DNA of 58,694 bases from a virus. Its lineage: Duplodnaviria > Caudoviricetes. The DNA lies in the IMG/VR virus record IMGVR_UViG_3300020463_002739, positions 1 to 58,694 of that record; one strand, given 5' to 3'. The translations under genes and the position numbers were made by a program. The stretch's first letter is position 1. Each line of letters starts with the position of its first letter. A model generated the notes under the pieces. That model had not been told where the DNA came from. It searched no databases and worked only from the letters and a program-made list of their open reading frames with translations. Shown here one piece after another: positions 1 to 9,063 of the stretch.

Positions 1-1
1 T

Positions 2-157
2 ATTTCGGAAAGTGGTATATTGGCAGCTGCACATCTTGGAGGACAGGGTTCAGTAAAAAGGTACTTTAAGAATGGTAAAGTTTTTAAAGATGCTTATGGA
101 ACAAAGATAACATCGTATATGAAACTTTTTAGTGGATACGATATTAAATTAAATTAA
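2..157 (+). CDS. C-terminal end of a lysozyme/transglycosylase-like protein (5' truncated)
   Basis: Manual translation of frame 2: ISESGILAAAHLGGQGSVKRYFKNGKVFKDAYGTKITSYMKLFSGYDIKLN*. The 'SGILAAAHL.G.G.V...D.YGT....YM..FSGYD' pattern resembles the lysozyme-like proteins of Flavobacteriaceae often annotated 'peptidoglycan-binding LysM'. Not in the ORF track. Confidence 0.6.
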   Translation: MSESGILAAAHLGGQGSVKRYFKNGKVFKDAYGTKITSYMKLFSGYDIKLN

Positions 158-158
158 A

Positions 159-428
159 ATGGTTATAGAAATATTATTAGGAGTATCAGCAGTAATTAAC
201 ATAGGACTGTTGATTGGTGTACGAAACTTGAACAGACAAAACGAACAGTATCAAGATTATATTGAAACTGAAATATCATCAACAGATGAAATTCGTTCAC
301 AAGTTCAACTTGCGTATGAAAAAATGAAAAATGCAGATATCAAAGGTTCATTTGAATCAGATGATGAAGTTGGTTCAGCATTCACACAGCTTAAAACTAT
401 TGTTGAAGAATTAAATAACGAAATATAA
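159..428 (+). CDS. small membrane-anchored coiled-coil hypothetical protein
   Basis: N-terminal hydrophobic helix (MVIEILLGVSAVINIGLLIGV) then an acidic helical tail; abuts both neighbours with 1-nt gaps. Confidence 0.7.
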   Translation: MVIEILLGVSAVINIGLLIGVRNLNRQNEQYQDYIETEISSTDEIRSQVQLAYEKMKNADIKGSFESDDEVGSAFTQLKTIVEELNNEI

Positions 429-429
429 A

Positions 430-1149
430 ATGCCTAAAAAAAGAAGAAAAAAATCCAAAATGTATTTTGGTACACCTGCCCAAGAAGCAATTATCGAATA
501 CAACAAAGAAAAAGACCCTGCAAAAAGGAATGAGATTTATAAAACAAGAATCAAACATCCTTTTGAAAAACTTGCAGAAAATGTTCTTAATACATTCAAG
601 TTTACTTATTTCGATGTACCAAAAAAAGATGTCCAAACAGAAGTAGTTTCTACGATGGTGGAAAAAATACATATGTTTAAAGAGGGTAAGGGTAAAGCGT
701 TTTCTTACTTTACAATTATTGCAAAGAACCATTTAATTTTAAAGAACAATGGTAACTACAAAAGATGGAAACAAAATTCACTACTTTCAGAAATGCCTCC
801 AACATGGAATCCGGAGAATGATTTTTATCATGAACAAGAAAATAATGAGATGAAACAGTTCAAAAAACTGATGCTAGATTATTGGGATAAAAATCTTACT
901 ATTGTATTTACAAAGAAAAGAGATATCCAAATAGCAGATGCAGTTTTAGAATTATTTAGAAGAAGTGAACATATAGAAAATTTTAACAAAAAACATTTAT
1001 ACCTTTTAATTAGAGAAATGACTGATGTTAAAACACATTATATTACTAAGGTTGTAAATGTAATGAAATCACATCAGAGAAAAATTCTTAATGAATATTT
1101 AGAATATGGCGAGTTTACAACAGAAGAAAATACTTTCTGGCAAGGATAG
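430..1149 (+). CDS. RNA polymerase sigma factor, T4 gp55-like (late transcription)
   Basis: KLAENVLNTFKFTYFD...DVQTEVVSTMVEKIHMFKEGKGKAFSYFTIIAKNHLI resembles sigma region 2 of gp55-type proteins (F..EK...F.YFT.I); lies upstream of the structural operon. Confidence 0.65.
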   Translation: MPKKRRKKSKMYFGTPAQEAIIEYNKEKDPAKRNEIYKTRIKHPFEKLAENVLNTFKFTYFDVPKKDVQTEVVSTMVEKIHMFKEGKGKAFSYFTIIAKNHLILKNNGNYKRWKQNSLLSEMPPTWNPENDFYHEQENNEMKQFKKLMLDYWDKNLTIVFTKKRDIQIADAVLELFRRSEHIENFNKKHLYLLIREMTDVKTHYITKVVNVMKSHQRKILNEYLEYGEFTTEENTFWQG

Positions 1150-2851
1150 TTACATATTAGGAATCTCTTTTGGATTTCATGATTCAGCAGTTGCACTAAT
1201 ACAAAATGGTAAAGTTTTAAACGCAGTAGAAGAAGAAAGATTTACTGGTGTAAAACACGATAATAGTTTTCCATTGAATTCCATAAGTTGGATTTTAAAA
1301 GAAAACAGTATTACCAAAAAAGATATTAGTGTAGTTTGTTATTATGAAAATCCAATTCTTAAAAAAGATAGGATTGTACGAATCGCAAGAAAAACATTTT
1401 TCAAAAATCCTATAAGTAACTTCAAACTTTTATTTACAAAGGAATATGATATATCTAAATTATTTAGAAAAGTATTTCACAAAAATGTAAAGGTTGTTTT
1501 TTCATCACATCACCAATCACATCAAGCATATTCTTTCTTTACTTCTAAATTTAAAGAATCAGCAGTTCTTACAGTTGATGGTGTGGGTGAGTTTGAAACT
1601 ACAACAATGTCTAAGTATACTAACAACAAAGTAAAATGTTTAGGAAAAGTAGAGTTTCCACATTCACTTGGTATGCTGTACTCAACAATCACTGCATTTC
1701 TTGGATTCAAACCAAATGAAGGTGAGTATAAAGTTATGGGGTTGGCACCATATGGTACACATCTTTTCCATCACAAGAAGTTTGATGAATTAATCAAATA
1801 CACTAAAGATGGATTTGAATTAAATCCTAAATACTTTACTTATGAATACTCTGATAAAACAATGTTTAACGAAAGCCTATCTAAGTTATTAGGAATTCCA
1901 AATAGATTACCAGAAGAACCTATTAATGATATTCACAAAAACATTGCTGCAGCACTTCAATACACCTACGAAAAACATTTTTTTAGATTATTAAATCAGT
2001 TATACGAAAAAACTAAATCAATTAATCTTTGTTTAGGTGGTGGATGTGCGTACAATGGAACTGCAAATGGTAAGATTAGAGAAAAAACAAAATTCAAAAA
2101 TGTATGGATTCCACCAGCACCATCTGATGCAGGTTCTGCAATCGGTGCAGCACTTTTATTTTATTACACCTCTACTAATGATACACGAGTTGATAACCAA
2201 ACACCATTCCTTGGTCCTCAACAATCACATGATGAATCTTTAAAAATTATTAAACAGAACAGAAACAAAGTAGAGTTTGAGTTTTTAGGAGATGGTGATT
2301 TGATAAATAAAACTGCTCAACTTATTTCTGAGGGAAATATTATTGGATGGGTTCAAGATAGGTTAGAGTTTGGAGCAAGAGCATTAGGAAATCGTTCTAT
2401 CTTAGCAGACCCACGAGACCCACAAATGAAAAAAAGAGTTAACATGGTTATAAAGAAAAGAGAAGGATTCAGACCGTTTGCTCCTATGGTTACATTTGAA
2501 GATAGGATACATTATTTTACACCCGCATATGAAATACCTTACATGAATCAAATAGTTAAGGTTACCGAAAAGTACAAAGATAAACTACCAGCAATTACAC
2601 ATACCGATGGTTCTGCAAGAATACAAACAGTAAGAGAATCGTTTAATCCAAAGATTTATAAACTCTTAAAAGTATACAAAAAAATTACAGGTTATCCAAT
2701 ACTACTTAACACATCATTCAATCTTAAAGACCAAACTATGGTTAGAGATACTCAAGAAGCAATCGATACATTTATGAATTGTGATATGGATTATCTAATT
2801 ATTGGTAATTTATTTTTATCTAAAAAAATAGTTTCTGAAACTTTAACATAA
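1106..2851 (+). CDS. O-carbamoyltransferase, NodU/CmcH/TobZ family
   Basis: Hallmark motifs GFHDSAVAL, EEERFTGVKHD, HHQSH, DGVGE, EGEYKVMGLAPYG, GGCAYN, PAPSDAG, EFGARALGNRSILADP, KKREGFRPFAP, HTDGSARIQTV, LLNTSFN. Confidence 0.95.
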   Translation: MASLQQKKILSGKDSYILGISFGFHDSAVALIQNGKVLNAVEEERFTGVKHDNSFPLNSISWILKENSITKKDISVVCYYENPILKKDRIVRIARKTFFKNPISNFKLLFTKEYDISKLFRKVFHKNVKVVFSSHHQSHQAYSFFTSKFKESAVLTVDGVGEFETTTMSKYTNNKVKCLGKVEFPHSLGMLYSTITAFLGFKPNEGEYKVMGLAPYGTHLFHHKKFDELIKYTKDGFELNPKYFTYEYSDKTMFNESLSKLLGIPNRLPEEPINDIHKNIAAALQYTYEKHFFRLLNQLYEKTKSINLCLGGGCAYNGTANGKIREKTKFKNVWIPPAPSDAGSAIGAALLFYYTSTNDTRVDNQTPFLGPQQSHDESLKIIKQNRNKVEFEFLGDGDLINKTAQLISEGNIIGWVQDRLEFGARALGNRSILADPRDPQMKKRVNMVIKKREGFRPFAPMVTFEDRIHYFTPAYEIPYMNQIVKVTEKYKDKLPAITHTDGSARIQTVRESFNPKIYKLLKVYKKITGYPILLNTSFNLKDQTMVRDTQEAIDTFMNCDMDYLIIGNLFLSKKIVSETLT

Positions 2852-2877
2852 CATTGTGTTAACAATTTCTTAACATT
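2843..2877 (+). promoter_or_regulatory. Pho-box/OmpR-family-like direct repeats (TAACA every 11 bp)
   Basis: ATAACAT at 2848, TTAACAA at 2859, TTAACAT at 2870 (11-bp period), plus TTAACA at 2843, directly upstream of the 2906 gene. Confidence 0.4.
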
Positions 2878-2905
2878 GATATACTTATAATAAAGGAGGT
2901 ATATT

Positions 2906-3256
2906 ATGAAAAGAATGATTACTACAATCCTCCTACTCTTATTATTTGTTCCACTATTTAGTCAAGATAGAACATTAGAGAAGGTGGATGAAAATGTGTA
3001 CAGATATAGAGTCACAAACAACGAAGGCTCTGTTACACAAAAAGGAACTTACATCAAAAACAGAGAAGGTAACCTATTGATGCATGGTTATTGGAGTAAT
3101 GATTTAGGTACAAAAGCATTGTATAGAAGAGGAATTTTAGTGTGGATTAAACCTAAAGGACATCCTCGTTATACTTATAAACAGATAGAGCTTGAACAAC
3201 TGAAGGCGGAAGTTAGAAGATTGAGAAACTTAATAGCTCTAAATGACCAGTCGTAA
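2906..3256 (+). CDS. secreted/periplasmic hypothetical protein with signal peptide
   Basis: MKRMITTILLLLLFVPLFS/QD signal peptide with Gln at +1; strong SD AAGGAGGT upstream; MORN-like QKGTY...HGYW segment. Confidence 0.75.
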   Translation: MKRMITTILLLLLFVPLFSQDRTLEKVDENVYRYRVTNNEGSVTQKGTYIKNREGNLLMHGYWSNDLGTKALYRRGILVWIKPKGHPRYTYKQIELEQLKAEVRRLRNLIALNDQS

Positions 3257-3276
3257 TTCAAAGAGATTGGATATAG

Positions 3277-3306
3277 ACCCAGCCCCGTAAGGCTGGGTTC
3301 TTTGTT
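3277..3306 (+). terminator. intrinsic terminator-like hairpin
   Basis: ACCCAGCC-ccgtaa-GGCTGGGT followed by TCTTTGTT. Confidence 0.65.
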
Positions 3307-3448
3307 AGCTCCAAATAACGAAGAGTATTTGATGTTTATATATTTATGTTTCGTGTTTCCCAATATATACTATACTTAATAGTTGGACAGTCCGATGTTT
3401 TGTAATATGGAAAAGTTATTTTCATTAATTTAAACAAAGGAGTAATAT

Positions 3449-3685
3449 ATGGAATTTCTTAAAAAGATTGGCTCTTGGGCTAATCACCTAACAGAAATCG
3501 GTATATCAATCATAGCTCTTGGAGTAGTATTAGAAGTACTATTTAAAGGTGCAGTGATTCCATTCTGGCCGAATGTATCTGTAGTAGATAATATTATGGG
3601 TATTTTGGGTGGATTGAGTAACGAAGGTTTACTTGGATTAGTAGGTGCGTTCGTAATATACCACATTCTTAAAAAGAAAGCTTAA
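3449..3685 (+). CDS. small membrane protein (2 hydrophobic segments), function unknown, holin-like size
   Basis: IGISIIALGVVLEVLF and GLLGLVGAFVIYHIL helices, basic C-terminus KKKA, SD AAGGAG upstream. Confidence 0.75.
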   Translation: MEFLKKIGSWANHLTEIGISIIALGVVLEVLFKGAVIPFWPNVSVVDNIMGILGGLSNEGLLGLVGAFVIYHILKKKA

Positions 3686-3714
3686 GAATATTTACCATAA
3701 CCGGTTAAGATATG

Positions 3715-3746
3715 AAAACCTCACCGTAAAAAGTGAGGTTTTTTTA
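3715..3746 (+). terminator. intrinsic terminator
   Basis: AAAACCTCAC-cgtaaaaa-GTGAGGTTTT followed by a T tract. Confidence 0.85.
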
Positions 3747-3752
3747 TTTACG

Positions 3753-3762
3753 ATATTTATAT
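3753..3762 (+). promoter_or_regulatory. candidate late promoter motif ATATTTATAT
   Basis: Exact motif just after a terminator and about 20 nt before ATG 3784; recurs in five other intergenic regions. Confidence 0.6.
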
Positions 3763-3783
3763 ACAAGATAATGTATAAAAATT

Positions 3784-4200
3784 ATGAGTACAAATTTTGA
3801 ACTTTTTCCTGGCAAAAACCTAAGTGGATTGTTTGAAGATATCTACGAGAATCAAAAAAACAAAAAACAAAGAATATCAGAATTAATTGCTGAAATGAAA
3901 AAGGTAATTAGGCATTCTGGTGATATGGCAGTGATTGGACCAATCATAAAAGATTTAGTTGATACTTCAGTTAGAAACGATGAATCACTAATTAAGATGG
4001 CAGCAATTGCACAACGAATGATTGCATCAAAAGATAAAGTAGAAGGTGATACTGGTTTCCTTACCGATAAAGAAAAAGAACAATTACTAAATCAATTAGA
4101 AGAGGTTGTTGTAGATGCATCTCAAGAGGCAGATGAAAAGGTTGACGAACTTACTAATGAAGTTGAAGAACTAAAACAAAAGATAAACAAAGATGTTTAG
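3784..4200 (+). CDS. coiled-coil hypothetical protein heading the baseplate operon
   Basis: 138-aa helical ORF overlapping the spike gene start; no motif recognised. Confidence 0.7.
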   Translation: MSTNFELFPGKNLSGLFEDIYENQKNKKQRISELIAEMKKVIRHSGDMAVIGPIIKDLVDTSVRNDESLIKMAAIAQRMIASKDKVEGDTGFLTDKEKEQLLNQLEEVVVDASQEADEKVDELTNEVEELKQKINKDV

Positions 4201-5461
4201 ACAAACCTCTAACAATACACAAACCGCTAGACAAAAAAGATTCAATCTAAAAAAGACAGATGTAGGTATTGTAACCGAAGTTATTTTAGATGAAGCAAAT
4301 GAATCATTACCAAAATTTAAAACAGTTGGTGAAGGTGCTACTGCCGTACATACTGGTAAGGTTGGTGGGGTAAAGGTAAGATTACTATCGAATCAAGAAG
4401 TAAATGATGATGATTTAAAAATAGTATATCCATTAGATGATACACTTAAAACTTTACCATTGCTTGGGGAAGAAGTACAAGTACACACTATATCAGGTAA
4501 AAAGTTTTATAGTAGGTTGTTAGTTGATGGAACATTAAATATACAAAATACTGGTAACGATAAATACAAAGACCAGTTTGGTGAAGGAGAAAATGTACAA
4601 GGCGGTGGTGGGGGATATTCATCAAACCAATCAACTGGTATTTCACAACCACAAGGAGGACCAAGTAGTAACAAAGGCCAATATGGTGATTACTTTACTG
4701 CTGATGAAAAAATACATAAACTTAAACTTTATGAGGGTGATACTATTTTAGAATCAAGGTTTGGTCAATCAATTAGATTTAGTGGATACAACAATGATGA
4801 TAATACATTCTCCCCAACTGTTATAATAAGAAACCGAGAATCAGACCCTTCAAGAGAAGCACAAGGTGAGTATCAATCACAAAAAATCGGTGGTACAACT
4901 GAAGAAGATGTAAATAGAGATGGTTCTATTATAGCAATGGGTTCAAGAGATAAACAAATTGATTTTATACCTGGTACAGTAGATGATAAAGGTACATCTG
5001 ATTTTGAGCAAATGCCAGATACATTTAAAGATTATCCTTCAGAACTTAGTGGAGACCAAATCTTAATCAATAGTGGTAGATTAATATTCTCTTCAAAAAC
5101 AGCAGAGATGATTTTCTACTCAAAAGGTAATTATGGATTTATCTCTGATTCAAATATGTCTATAGATAATGCAGGTGGTATTGATATAACAACTGGTGAT
5201 AATATAAACATAACAACAACCGATAATGATTTTAGTATTCTTGCTGGACAGGGTAGGATTAATATAGGAGATGATTCTGAAGAACAACTCGTAAGAGGAA
5301 ACGCATTAGTAGATTTATTAGATGAACTACTTACAGAACTAGCAAGTGAAACACATCCAACTCCCGCAGGGCCTTCTGCACCACCCATCAATGCACCAAA
5401 GTATAATGCGATAAAAAGTAAACTAAGGGATATTCTATCTCCAAATAATTACACAAACTAA
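4193..5461 (+). CDS. baseplate central spike/hub protein (T4 gp5/gpV-like)
   Basis: N-terminal OB-fold-like YPL...LPLLGEEV, GDTILESRFGQSIRF, beta-helix-like repeats (IDITTGDNINITT) and C-terminal THPTPAGPSAPP apex; context upstream of gp25. Confidence 0.75.
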   Translation: MFRQTSNNTQTARQKRFNLKKTDVGIVTEVILDEANESLPKFKTVGEGATAVHTGKVGGVKVRLLSNQEVNDDDLKIVYPLDDTLKTLPLLGEEVQVHTISGKKFYSRLLVDGTLNIQNTGNDKYKDQFGEGENVQGGGGGYSSNQSTGISQPQGGPSSNKGQYGDYFTADEKIHKLKLYEGDTILESRFGQSIRFSGYNNDDNTFSPTVIIRNRESDPSREAQGEYQSQKIGGTTEEDVNRDGSIIAMGSRDKQIDFIPGTVDDKGTSDFEQMPDTFKDYPSELSGDQILINSGRLIFSSKTAEMIFYSKGNYGFISDSNMSIDNAGGIDITTGDNINITTTDNDFSILAGQGRINIGDDSEEQLVRGNALVDLLDELLTELASETHPTPAGPSAPPINAPKYNAIKSKLRDILSPNNYTN

Positions 5462-6018
5462 TGTCATTAAATGTATTCAAGACACAGCTTCTTCGATATA
5501 TGCAAACAGAACCAGATAACTCTGATGATTTTGCTGAATACTTAACATCACAATATGATGCAGCAGTAAAGCGAGGATATGATACACTTAACTTAGTACC
5601 AATACAGACAGGTAATACTGATACTATGGAAGCGGTACTAAAGGCACTTTTTAAAAAAAATAATACAATACAAAGTGGGGTTTTAACAATAGCAGATTAC
5701 GGGCCAGCGTTTCAATCATATTGGACTGGTGCACAAGGTGCTTTATTTCCTTTACCAGTAATTCCCGCACCTGGTTCATTTCAAAATATAGTATCAAATA
5801 CTCACATTATTGTAAATCCTGGTGTATGGAGTGCTGTTATACCAACACCACCTACAACATTACCCACTTCATGGATTGATGCTTTAACATTAGGTATAAT
5901 TACTCACTTACCAACGATTCAAGGGCTAATAGTAACAACCTCATTATATCCAACTGCTCCTGTACCTACTCCTGCCCCTGGTATTATTAATTGGACTGGA
6001 TATAGTATACCTGGATAA
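5461..6018 (+). CDS. Pro-rich virion structural protein, probably baseplate-associated
   Basis: Translationally coupled to the spike gene (TAATG overlap); Pro/Thr-rich. Confidence 0.55.
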   Translation: MSLNVFKTQLLRYMQTEPDNSDDFAEYLTSQYDAAVKRGYDTLNLVPIQTGNTDTMEAVLKALFKKNNTIQSGVLTIADYGPAFQSYWTGAQGALFPLPVIPAPGSFQNIVSNTHIIVNPGVWSAVIPTPPTTLPTSWIDALTLGIITHLPTIQGLIVTTSLYPTAPVPTPAPGIINWTGYSIPG

Positions 6019-6039
6019 TCATCAAAAATAAAATAATAG

Positions 6040-6049
6040 ATATTTATAT
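6040..6049 (+). promoter_or_regulatory. candidate late promoter motif ATATTTATAT
   Basis: Exact motif about 20 nt upstream of ATG 6069. Confidence 0.6.
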
Positions 6050-6068
6050 AAAGTAAACGAGAACAATT

Positions 6069-6599
6069 ATGAACGCGAAAAAAATAGCAAAACTGGTCAA
6101 GGCATTGGTAGAAGTTGAAGTTGCGAAAAAACACGAACACTTTCTGACCAAAACTTTTCCTAAAATTTTAAGTGAAGAAGTAAACAAAAAACTCAACAAA
6201 AAAGTGGTGCAAGAAACTACTCAACAAAAAGAGATTGACCCATTTTCTCTTGCAAACGCTGTATTGGATGAGGATAGAACTCAAGTAGAGAAAAAAACAT
6301 ATGCAAAGAATCCAGCATTAAACGAAGCAATTGCTAATGCAAAAGGGTTTGAACATATGGATAAAACTATTAGTTTAGGAACACAAGATGTTCCAATGGG
6401 AGGAGGTGTTCCTCCTAACCTACAAACTTCTATGGCAGCAAAGATGGGTTATAATGATATAGGAAGTATGGGAGGACAAAAAGACGGTTTAGGAGTTCAG
6501 ACAGGATTGGCTGGATTAGATAGAGTATTAAATAGAGATAACAGTGCTTTAGTAAAGGCATTTAACAAAAATAAAAATTGGAGACCTGGACAGGATTAG
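6069..6599 (+). CDS. hypothetical protein in baseplate operon
   Basis: 176-aa ORF with typical codon usage; no motif recognised. Confidence 0.65.
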   Translation: MNAKKIAKLVKALVEVEVAKKHEHFLTKTFPKILSEEVNKKLNKKVVQETTQQKEIDPFSLANAVLDEDRTQVEKKTYAKNPALNEAIANAKGFEHMDKTISLGTQDVPMGGGVPPNLQTSMAAKMGYNDIGSMGGQKDGLGVQTGLAGLDRVLNRDNSALVKAFNKNKNWRPGQD

Positions 6600-6602
6600 T
6601 AA

Positions 6603-7034
6603 ATGGCTTACGAACTATCCAAAAAAGTTGTAATCGATACTGAAGAGTTTAACGACTATGCAGTAGGATTATCATTACCATTAAAAAATGGTGATGGTGG
6701 ATTTTTCGAACAAAACCTTACAACCTTTGACCAAGCAAGAAGTAACCTTAAAAACTTACTACTTACTAAAAAAGGTGAAAGAGTTTTACAACCTAATTTT
6801 GGTAGTGGTTTACAAGATTTATTATTTGAACCAATCGATGAAGAATTCGAAGGAAAATTAGTTGATACAATAACAGAATCGGTATCAACTTGGTTACCAT
6901 ATATTAACATTGAAGATATTGATGTTAACATGAACGACGAAAATAAAGACAACAATAGAGTTGGAGTAGAAATTAAATTTAAGGTTGGCGATAGTTTAGA
7001 TTTAAACTCGGTAACATTTACAGTAGGCGGATAG
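6603..7034 (+). CDS. gp25: baseplate wedge subunit, gp25/GPW family
   Basis: QARSNLKNLLLTKKGERVLQPNFGSGLQDLLFEP...WLPYI is the gp25-family signature. Confidence 0.93.
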   Translation: MAYELSKKVVIDTEEFNDYAVGLSLPLKNGDGGFFEQNLTTFDQARSNLKNLLLTKKGERVLQPNFGSGLQDLLFEPIDEEFEGKLVDTITESVSTWLPYINIEDIDVNMNDENKDNNRVGVEIKFKVGDSLDLNSVTFTVGG

Positions 7035-7035
7035 T

Positions 7036-9063
7036 ATGGCAATAAATAATAAAGTAAATAATAATTTTAGGGATAAAGGAAAGTCAATTAACTATCTTAA
7101 TAAAGATTTTAAATCATTTAGAGAGAATTTAATTGAATTTGCAAAAACATATTTTCCTAAAACCCATGCGGATTTTAATGAATCATCACCTGGTATGATG
7201 TTTATAGAAATGGCATCTTATATTGGAGATGTTCTTGGATATTATATAGATGATACATTAAAAGAATCCTTAATGCCATACGCAGAAGATAAAAGAAATG
7301 TATTGGCACTTGCGAAATATCTTGGATATAAAACTAAAGTAACTGCACCTGCAGTAACAGAAATAAGTGTATTTCAACTTGTTCCTTCAAAATATAAAAC
7401 TGGTACAAATAATGATTATGAACCAGATACCAAATTTTATCTTAGAATAAAAGAAGGAATGCAAACTACATCAACAAATGGTGTAACTTTTGTAACTACT
7501 GAGTTATTAGATTTTAACGAATCGGAAGGAAGAGAGATAACAGTATATTCAAGAAACGCCTCTACTGGTGAGCCAGAGTTTTACTTAGTAAAGAAAATTG
7601 TAAAAGCAATATCCGCAGTATTAAAAGAAAAAGATATTTCTTTTGGTCCAAGTAGTGATTTTGCTAAAATAGATTTAGATGATACTGATGTAATTTCAAT
7701 ATACGATATTAGAGATGCGAACTCAAACAAATACTATGAAGTACCTTACTTAGGTCAAGAAATGGTTTTTGTAGATTATCCAAATACTGCAGCAAACGAA
7801 CCAGATTTCTTTCAGTTCAGAGAAGATGTTCCATCTATACTAAGAACTTTAAAAACCTCAAGAAGATTTACAACAGTAGTAAATGAAGATTTTACAACTA
7901 CAATACAGTTTGGTTCTGGTGATGGAAATACTAATGATGAATTAATTATTCCAAACTTTGATAATATTGGTTTAGGATTAGTAAGTAGTGATGATAGATT
8001 AAATGAATACTATGACCCTGCAAATTTCTTAAAAACAAAATCATATGGTCAATCACCAACCAATACAACAATAACAGTAAAGTATTTTGTTGGTGGTGGT
8101 ATTAGTTCAAATGTTAAAAAAGGTGATATAAAACAAATCACTGCAGTAGAGTTTGAAGATGATACTGCATCTTTTTCAAATGAAGAATTACTACTAAGAA
8201 ATACTGTAATCAATTCTATTGCTTGTGAAAATGAAATTCCTGCTACTGGTGGTAGGGGTGCAGAAACAATAACTGAAATAAAAGAAAACTCATTAGCATA
8301 TTTTGGAGCACAAAACAGAGCAGTAACTGCAGAAGATTATACAGTTCGTGCTCTTGCAATGCCAGCAAAGTTTGGTTCGGTTGCTAAAGCATTTGTTGTA
8401 CAAGATAGTAAGTTAGACCAAAACTCACCAAGTGGTCTTATTGCACAACCAAAGAAACAAAAAGAATTTCTTGATTTAGCAAAATCAGTCCAAACCTTAG
8501 ATGATGCTAAGGCAATAAACCAATTAGATAATTTTGTAAAATCAAATATTAACAAAGCAAATGATGGTTCAAATCCATTTAGTATTAACATTTATACTCT
8601 TGGATATAATACAAATAAAAATTTAACAACCATAAATTCTGCTATTAAAGAAAATTTAAAAACCTACATTAATCAATATAAGATGATTAGTGATGGAATT
8701 AACATTGTAGATGGGTATATTATAAACTTTGCAATAGAGTTCGATATATCTATCCTAAGCGGGTATAACAGAAGAGAAGTACTTACTAACTGTAATCTCG
8801 CATTAAAAGATTATTTTAACATTGACAATTGGACATTTAACGATACTATAAACATTAATGAAGTTGAGTTAATATTGGCAAACCAAGAAGGTGTAGTATC
8901 GGTTGCTAAATTAGTATTTACAAATAAATGTGGTGGTAACTATTCTCCTCGTTCATATAACTTTGAAGAGGCAACACGAAGTAAAATCATTTATCCTTCA
9001 TTAGACCCATCAGTATTTGAACTTAAATTTCCAAATCAAGATATAAAAGGGAGAGTGATATAA
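7036..9063 (+). CDS. gp6: baseplate wedge protein, T4 gp6/baseplate J-like
   Basis: YLNKDFKSFRENLI...DFNESSPGMMFIEMASYIGDVLGYYID; IQFGSG; GGRGAETITEIK...QNRAVTAEDY; follows gp25. Confidence 0.88.
   Translation: MAINNKVNNNFRDKGKSINYLNKDFKSFRENLIEFAKTYFPKTHADFNESSPGMMFIEMASYIGDVLGYYIDDTLKESLMPYAEDKRNVLALAKYLGYKTKVTAPAVTEISVFQLVPSKYKTGTNNDYEPDTKFYLRIKEGMQTTSTNGVTFVTTELLDFNESEGREITVYSRNASTGEPEFYLVKKIVKAISAVLKEKDISFGPSSDFAKIDLDDTDVISIYDIRDANSNKYYEVPYLGQEMVFVDYPNTAANEPDFFQFREDVPSILRTLKTSRRFTTVVNEDFTTTIQFGSGDGNTNDELIIPNFDNIGLGLVSSDDRLNEYYDPANFLKTKSYGQSPTNTTITVKYFVGGGISSNVKKGDIKQITAVEFEDDTASFSNEELLLRNTVINSIACENEIPATGGRGAETITEIKENSLAYFGAQNRAVTAEDYTVRALAMPAKFGSVAKAFVVQDSKLDQNSPSGLIAQPKKQKEFLDLAKSVQTLDDAKAINQLDNFVKSNINKANDGSNPFSINIYTLGYNTNKNLTTINSAIKENLKTYINQYKMISDGINIVDGYIINFAIEFDISILSGYNRREVLTNCNLALKDYFNIDNWTFNDTININEVELILANQEGVVSVAKLVFTNKCGGNYSPRSYNFEEATRSKIIYPSLDPSVFELKFPNQDIKGRVI

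Noticed and set aside
3257-3448. tRNA gene in the largest intergenic gap
   Set aside because: No cloverleaf or T-loop GTTC(G/A)A pattern could be fitted.
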